The notes beneath the pieces are model-generated. The model did not search any database, was not told the origin of the DNA, and worked only from the letters and a program-made list of their open reading frames with translations. Below, in pieces: positions 29,393 through 34,343 of a stretch of 34,343 bases of DNA (positions are counted from its first letter, which is position 1; each line of letters begins with the position of its first letter). Source of the stretch: Nitrosomonadales bacterium (GTDB taxonomy: Bacteria > Pseudomonadota > Gammaproteobacteria > Burkholderiales > Gallionellaceae); contig JANMWF010000014.1 in assembly GCA_031393845.1 (NCBI GenBank), forward strand, positions 1-34,343, given 5' to 3'. Position numbers and translations under genes: made by a program.

Positions 29393-30608
29393 GTGGATGC
29401 TCCCATGGCTTGGCGATTCGTGTAGCGACGGGAGGGATCACACAATCTTGCATATCCATCATCAGCGCATCGGCAAAAAATTTTGCAGCCCAGTTCGGAT
29501 ATTCGAAACGAGAATAATCTCCCCAGATCGGCGAGGAGCCAGCGATACCACCCCGCGCCGCCTCGTCAGCATCATCAAGACGCTGTGTGCGTTTTACGTA
29601 GCCGATTGCACGGCGCGCATTCTCGCGAAATTCCGGTGCGCTGCCATCTTGCGCCAGGCGTGTCCAATTGAGGCTCATTTGCGCTACGCCTGTGAGGCAG
29701 CTGTAATTTGCGCGTGGTATCCAATTATCCGTATAAGTGCCGGCAAGCCAGCCGTCGGCGCGCTGCACCCGCGCCATGCCGCGAGCAGCGGCAAGGGCAG
29801 CTGCAAGATACCGCGTATCGTCCAGCAATATTCCACTTTCCAAAAAACCACGAATCGCATAGGCGATGGTATGAGTAAACGGTGCTTTGTCCGGAGTAAA
29901 GGCGTTGGTGCAAAACCATCCGGAAGTTGTTTGCTGGGTGAGTGCCCAATCGAGATTGCGTCGCGCCGCTTGGGTTAGTTTTGGCTCGTTCGCGATCAGG
30001 CCCGTGGCCGCTAGCGCCCAAGTGCCCCGAGTGTTGTACACGTGCGCTACATCATTGTGTTCGAAGCGATGCCAGCAGCCATCGGCATCTTGCTGACGGA
30101 CCAGCCACAAACCGGCCTTGACCGCTGCAGCCAGGCATTCTTGGCGGCCCAGCTGCAGATATCCGGCAAGCATGCCATGCATGATTTGACCGGTATTGAA
30201 GATCACCGGGCGGCTGCCTGTTTCGCCGAAGTGGCCGGGGAATGCGCCATCATTCTGCTGTATGGAGAGTTCCCAGTCGATCATGCGTCGAGCACGTCTC
30301 TCCAGATCAGGGCGTTCCAGCTCCTTGCTCGCCGCGAGGAAGGTTTCGATGATGTAGCCAGTGGTTTCCGGATAGCTTGGCAGCCAGCCGTCTTCGAAGC
30401 TCCATCCTGCCGAAACACCGCCTGCGTCGGGGTGGCCGTCCCTGATGTCCTGGGCACGGCAGAGCCAGTTGATTACGCCCGCGAGATGGATCGCATGGTC
30501 AAATTCGGGTTGGGCCGGTGCAGCAATGTCATTGAGGATCAGACGCATATGCCGCGGCCGCCAAGGACGGTAACGGAAAGGCAGTGCAAGCAGATTGGTA
30601 AGGCTCAT
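29385..30608 (-). CDS. Alpha/alpha-barrel (prenyltransferase/squalene-oxidase-repeat-like) protein of the EPS cluster
   Basis: Repeated W.L..Q..DG.W/F motifs; SYPETTGY; YPNWAAKFF. Confidence 0.75.
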   Translation of the reverse strand: MSLTNLLALPFRYRPWRPRHMRLILNDIAAPAQPEFDHAIHLAGVINWLCRAQDIRDGHPDAGGVSAGWSFEDGWLPSYPETTGYIIETFLAASKELERPDLERRARRMIDWELSIQQNDGAFPGHFGETGSRPVIFNTGQIMHGMLAGYLQLGRQECLAAAVKAGLWLVRQQDADGCWHRFEHNDVAHVYNTRGTWALAATGLIANEPKLTQAARRNLDWALTQQTTSGWFCTNAFTPDKAPFTHTIAYAIRGFLESGILLDDTRYLAAALAAARGMARVQRADGWLAGTYTDNWIPRANYSCLTGVAQMSLNWTRLAQDGSAPEFRENARRAIGYVKRTQRLDDADEAARGGIAGSSPIWGDYSRFEYPNWAAKFFADALMMDMQDCVIPPVATRIAKPWEHPHG

Positions 30609-30619
30609 GGGTTTTCCTG

Positions 30620-32041
30620 TTAAATTTTTTCCGGTTGCATGGTGGGCGGCGATTCTCGGAGTGCACTATCCAGGCCCGATTGCAGTGGCACGTGGCTCAC
30701 CACGTAGCGGTACTTGCCCGAAACTTCTGGCGGAATCGAGTCCACAAATCGTAGTTCGATCCGCACGTTGTTGCCGAGTCGAGCTTGAATTCCGCTTACG
30801 GCCGTGTTGCGAGATTGCTCGGTCCAATCAGGGTTTCGCACCACCAAAATTTCTACGTCTTTAATGCTGTGCTGGATGAATTTGAACTCGTCAATGCCCT
30901 CCGTTGCACGCAGTACGTAGATTACCGCAAGCGCATGCATGATCGTGCCATCGGAGCGCACCACGAAATCTGTGGTGCGGCCCATTACTTCTCCAATTAC
31001 ATGTAGCCCGCGTCCGGCTTTGCAGGTGTCGTTCGCGTAGCGTACCACGTCGCCGGTGCGGTAACGGATAAAGGGCTGTGCGTGAGAACAGAGTCCGGTC
31101 ATGACTGCTTCGCCGGATTCGCCGGGCGCGACTGGATTACCTTGGGCATCGAGGACTTCGAGGATGATACTTTCGCTCATCAACAGCATCTGGCCGTCTG
31201 GGGTTTCGTGAGCGGTGAAACCAATGTCGCGGCTGCCGAATTCATTGGCGGCGGGAACGCCAAAAGTATCTTCGATCAGTTTGCGCTGGTGCGGATAAAG
31301 CGGTTCGCCGGTGGTACATATCACCTTGAGCGAGGGCAACCTGAGTCTGATGTTGCGTTCCCCTGCGTGTGCCGCCAGCAGAGCCAAGCTACTGGCGTAG
31401 CCATAAATGCATTTGGGCTGGAACCCGAGAATGGCTTCGATGTAGGCATCCATATTGGCTGCCGACATGTCGAAAGCGTTTAATAATAGCTGGTTGAGCA
31501 GTCGGTCCCGCAACGCCTTGATATGGCCGGTTTTGTTCAACTCGACCGGCGCGCCCCAGAGATAGACTTCCCGGTCACCCACATCGACGCCCCACCAGCG
31601 CCGTGCGCGTATGCGCCCGGCGGCATCAGAGGCTTGGCGCAGGCGTCCATAGTGAAAGATCAGCGGCTGGCCGCTGGAACCGCCAGTATTGTATTTAAAG
31701 GCCCCGCCAGGAATGTCGCGCCAGACCAGTTGCTCGATGTTGCGAGTGGCGTCCTGCTTGGTCATGGTGGGCAAGTGGCGCAGTGCTTCCAGGGTGAGCG
31801 TCGCGTTGCTGCGCGGCTCCAGACCGGCGGCGTGAATGCGCTCGGCATGCCATGGGCTGTGCTGTTCCGCCGACTGGAGCAGCAGCTTTAGCTTGTGCAT
31901 CTGTAATTGCTCGACCTCTGCGCGGGACAGCCATTGGCTTTTTTCCAGCTCGTCCAGGTAGCCGAAAGTGGGGCGCTGTGTCAGCCGTTCATGCAGAGGA
32001 AACAGGGTATGCGCTACTAATCGGGTATAGAGATCGGCCAT
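30620..32041 (-). CDS. Phenylacetate-CoA ligase-like / CapK-like adenylate-forming enzyme
   Basis: TGGSSGQP, TTGE, EFGSRD, IRYRTGD, GR, SGKYR. Confidence 0.85.
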   Translation of the reverse strand: MADLYTRLVAHTLFPLHERLTQRPTFGYLDELEKSQWLSRAEVEQLQMHKLKLLLQSAEQHSPWHAERIHAAGLEPRSNATLTLEALRHLPTMTKQDATRNIEQLVWRDIPGGAFKYNTGGSSGQPLIFHYGRLRQASDAAGRIRARRWWGVDVGDREVYLWGAPVELNKTGHIKALRDRLLNQLLLNAFDMSAANMDAYIEAILGFQPKCIYGYASSLALLAAHAGERNIRLRLPSLKVICTTGEPLYPHQRKLIEDTFGVPAANEFGSRDIGFTAHETPDGQMLLMSESIILEVLDAQGNPVAPGESGEAVMTGLCSHAQPFIRYRTGDVVRYANDTCKAGRGLHVIGEVMGRTTDFVVRSDGTIMHALAVIYVLRATEGIDEFKFIQHSIKDVEILVVRNPDWTEQSRNTAVSGIQARLGNNVRIELRFVDSIPPEVSGKYRYVVSHVPLQSGLDSALRESPPTMQPEKI

Positions 32042-32043
32042 GT

Positions 32044-33159
32044 TTATTTTCCATTTTGGGTAACAGCCAGCGTCGCCCCATCCAGTGCCATTTTATACGC
32101 CAAAAAGAGTTCATCTCGTACACTTTCCCATGCGAATCGGTGCGCGTGATCGAGACCATTTTTAATCATGCATTCTCGCAACGACTCATCACGCAACACG
32201 CGTAGCATAGCCTCGGCCATCCGCCCTGGATCACGCGGTGGCACCAGCAATGCGGTCTTTCCGTTTTCCACCAGAAACGGTATGCCACCAACATCGGTGC
32301 TGACCACTGGTACACCGCTTGCCAATGCCTCTAAAATCGAGATCGGCATATTGTCTGCCAGACTGGGATTAAGAGCGATATCTGCCTCGCGATAAAGTAC
32401 GGGCATGCGCTCGTTATCTATTTGACCTGCAAACACTACAGCATCGTCCACGCCCAGTTCCTTTGCCATCGCTTCCAATTTCGTGCGCTCTGGGCCGGAA
32501 CCAGCGATAGTCAAACGCGCGTCAGGAATGGATTCACGCACAATGCGAAATGCTTTCAGCGCGGTGGTGTTGTCGTACAAAGGTTCCAGATTACGCGCCA
32601 CCACGATATGCGGTGCCGAAAGGTTTCGTGTGCGCGTATGGTTAGGTATGAAGCGGCTTAAATCCACAATATTAGGTACTATGCGCGTGGTGAAATCTCG
32701 ATTCGCGAATATTTTTTCCAGGAAACCGGAAGGCACGATGATTATATTGACTTGCCTCAGCGTCGGCTGTACCCAGGCAAATGCCCGAGTGAAAAAATCG
32801 TCTGCCTCGCCACCGCGGTAATTGACTAACACTGCCTTGCCGCGTAACTTTGCGGCCCACACCGCCGGTGCCGCAAATAAGTGCCACGACCAGCCGGAGT
32901 TGGCCATGACGTGAAATAAATCGACTCTGCCTGCAGCGTGCCATAAATGGAACAAGTACGGCAGCAAGCGAAACACGGCACGCAGCCCTTTGATGTGGCC
33001 GATAAAGCGTGGCCAGTAGGGGGCATTCACTGGGACAAGCTCTACGTTGACTCCTTCTTGCTTCAGTAACGTAGCCAATTGCCATGTCTGGTTGGCCATT
33101 CCGCCCGAAGGTGGCGGCAGTGGCCCAACGAGAGCAATTTTTAAATCTTGAATTCGCAT
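32044..33159 (-). CDS. Glycosyltransferase family 4
   Basis: GPLPPPSGG, ARNLEPLYD, DNMPISILEALASGVPVVSTDVGG. Confidence 0.92.
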   Translation of the reverse strand: MRIQDLKIALVGPLPPPSGGMANQTWQLATLLKQEGVNVELVPVNAPYWPRFIGHIKGLRAVFRLLPYLFHLWHAAGRVDLFHVMANSGWSWHLFAAPAVWAAKLRGKAVLVNYRGGEADDFFTRAFAWVQPTLRQVNIIIVPSGFLEKIFANRDFTTRIVPNIVDLSRFIPNHTRTRNLSAPHIVVARNLEPLYDNTTALKAFRIVRESIPDARLTIAGSGPERTKLEAMAKELGVDDAVVFAGQIDNERMPVLYREADIALNPSLADNMPISILEALASGVPVVSTDVGGIPFLVENGKTALLVPPRDPGRMAEAMLRVLRDESLRECMIKNGLDHAHRFAWESVRDELFLAYKMALDGATLAVTQNGK

Positions 33160-33164
33160 CCGGA

Positions 33165-34343
33165 TTATCTCGCCGTCTTGTCGGTTAAACGTCTGTAAAC
33201 ATCGCGATAGCGTGCTACGGATACTTTCCAGTTACGCTCAGTCTCGACAAAGCGCCGCCCGGTGGCTTTCATCGCCGCCCAGCGCTCGGGCGTGTTAAGC
33301 AAATCGAGTACCTTGCTCGCTAGGTCTTGCGGAGACTCGGCTTTAAACAGCACGCCCGTTTCGCCATCACGAATTAGTTCTCTGTGACCGCCCACGCTGG
33401 AAGCCACAAATAAACGGCCCTGTGCCATCGCTTCCAGCGGTTTCAACGGCGTAACTAATTCCGTGAGACGGATTGAGTGGCGTGGATAAACGAGTACGTC
33501 CACTAGGTCGTAATAGCGGTTCACTTCACTGTGTGGCACTCGGCCGGTGAACACTACCTTATCTGCAATGCCGAGTTGGTGAGATTGCTGTTTCAGTGCT
33601 TCTTCTTGTGGTCCACCGCCCACCAACAAAACACGTATATCCGGCGTTTGATAGAGCATGCGCGGTAACGCAGCTAGCAGCAAATCCAGTCCTTCATAGG
33701 CATAAAATGAGCCTATGAAGCCGAGGACACGGTAGCCTGCCAGACCTAGTTGCTTTTTAAGTACGGTATCTGGTGTGCTTTCAAAAGAAAATTTTTCAAT
33801 ATCCACGGCATTGGGGATGACGGTGATTCTTTGCGCCGAAATGCCACGCATCACGATATCGTTGCGCAAGCCTTCACAAATCGTGGTGATGGCATCCACG
33901 CGCTTTAAGGCATAGGTTTCAAGCGCACGAGTGAGGCGGTAACGCAGACCCTGTTTTTTGCTGGTGCCATGATCCACCGCCGCATCTTCCCAGAATGCAC
34001 GAACCTCATAGACCACTGGAATGCCCAAGCTACGGCCAACGCGTAAAGCAGCTATGGCATTCAGAGCAGGGGAGTGAGCATGCAAAATGTCTGGTTTAAC
34101 AATTCTGGCTACTTTGTTAAGGCGACGAGTAAGACTGTTAATGACGGAAATTTGGTTCAATAAAGGTACTTTCGTCATTTGGGCAATCGCATGGCGTGTA
34201 CGGAAAAAATGCCAGCCATCGATAGTCTCTTCGCTTGCGCTACAGATACCCTGCTTTGGGCTAGTCAGGTGACTGGTTTTCCACCCTAAAGCACGATGTT
34301 CTTTAAGAATAGAAAGAGTGCGAAAAGTATAGCCACTATGCAG
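33165..34343 (-). CDS. PEP-CTERM/exosortase A-associated GT4 glycosyltransferase (5' end lies outside the window)
   Basis: Open frame to the window edge (LHSGYTFRT..TSPKQG); HAHSP, YEVRAFWED, GSFYAYEG, VTPLKPLEAMA. Confidence 0.9.
   Translation of the reverse strand: MHSGYTFRTLSILKEHRALGWKTSHLTSPKQGICSASEETIDGWHFFRTRHAIAQMTKVPLLNQISVINSLTRRLNKVARIVKPDILHAHSPALNAIAALRVGRSLGIPVVYEVRAFWEDAAVDHGTSKKQGLRYRLTRALETYALKRVDAITTICEGLRNDIVMRGISAQRITVIPNAVDIEKFSFESTPDTVLKKQLGLAGYRVLGFIGSFYAYEGLDLLLAALPRMLYQTPDIRVLLVGGGPQEEALKQQSHQLGIADKVVFTGRVPHSEVNRYYDLVDVLVYPRHSIRLTELVTPLKPLEAMAQGRLFVASSVGGHRELIRDGETGVLFKAESPQDLASKVLDLLNTPERWAAMKATGRRFVETERNWKVSVARYRDVYRRLTDKTAR

Overview
A 34 kb betaproteobacterial chromosomal segment; gene content and order suggest Gallionellaceae/Nitrotoga-like, which is inference only. 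In order it holds: flhD-flhC-motA-motB with three sigma28 promoters; an orphan secreted His-rich protein; a nested MITE; the dacC-dat-ybeD-lipB-lipA cluster; an HDOD gene; PCuAC-argB-HAD nucleotidase-DAHP synthase (type I-beta)-BtuF; gmd-ORF6N-fcl; a decayed patch (galE pseudogene, IS21, IS200/IS605-like and IS5 remnants) around a MASE1-PAS-GGDEF-EAL gene split by an in-frame stop; cobalamin adenosyltransferase-DUF1841-nth; molybdopterin genes (mobB, duplicated moaD, moaE, moaC, mog); and the 3' part of a PEP-CTERM/exosortase A-type EPS cluster whose ligase gene has an in-frame TAG. The most notable observation is upstream of flhD. A tandemly duplicated ~95 bp unit carries a near-perfect sigma28 (FliA) promoter followed by a hairpin whose CCCCUU loop and flanks are complementary over 19 nt to the flhD ribosome-binding site. 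This is a candidate undescribed antisense-RNA negative-feedback loop on the flagellar master regulator. All family assignments come from motif recognition by eye; no searches were run.
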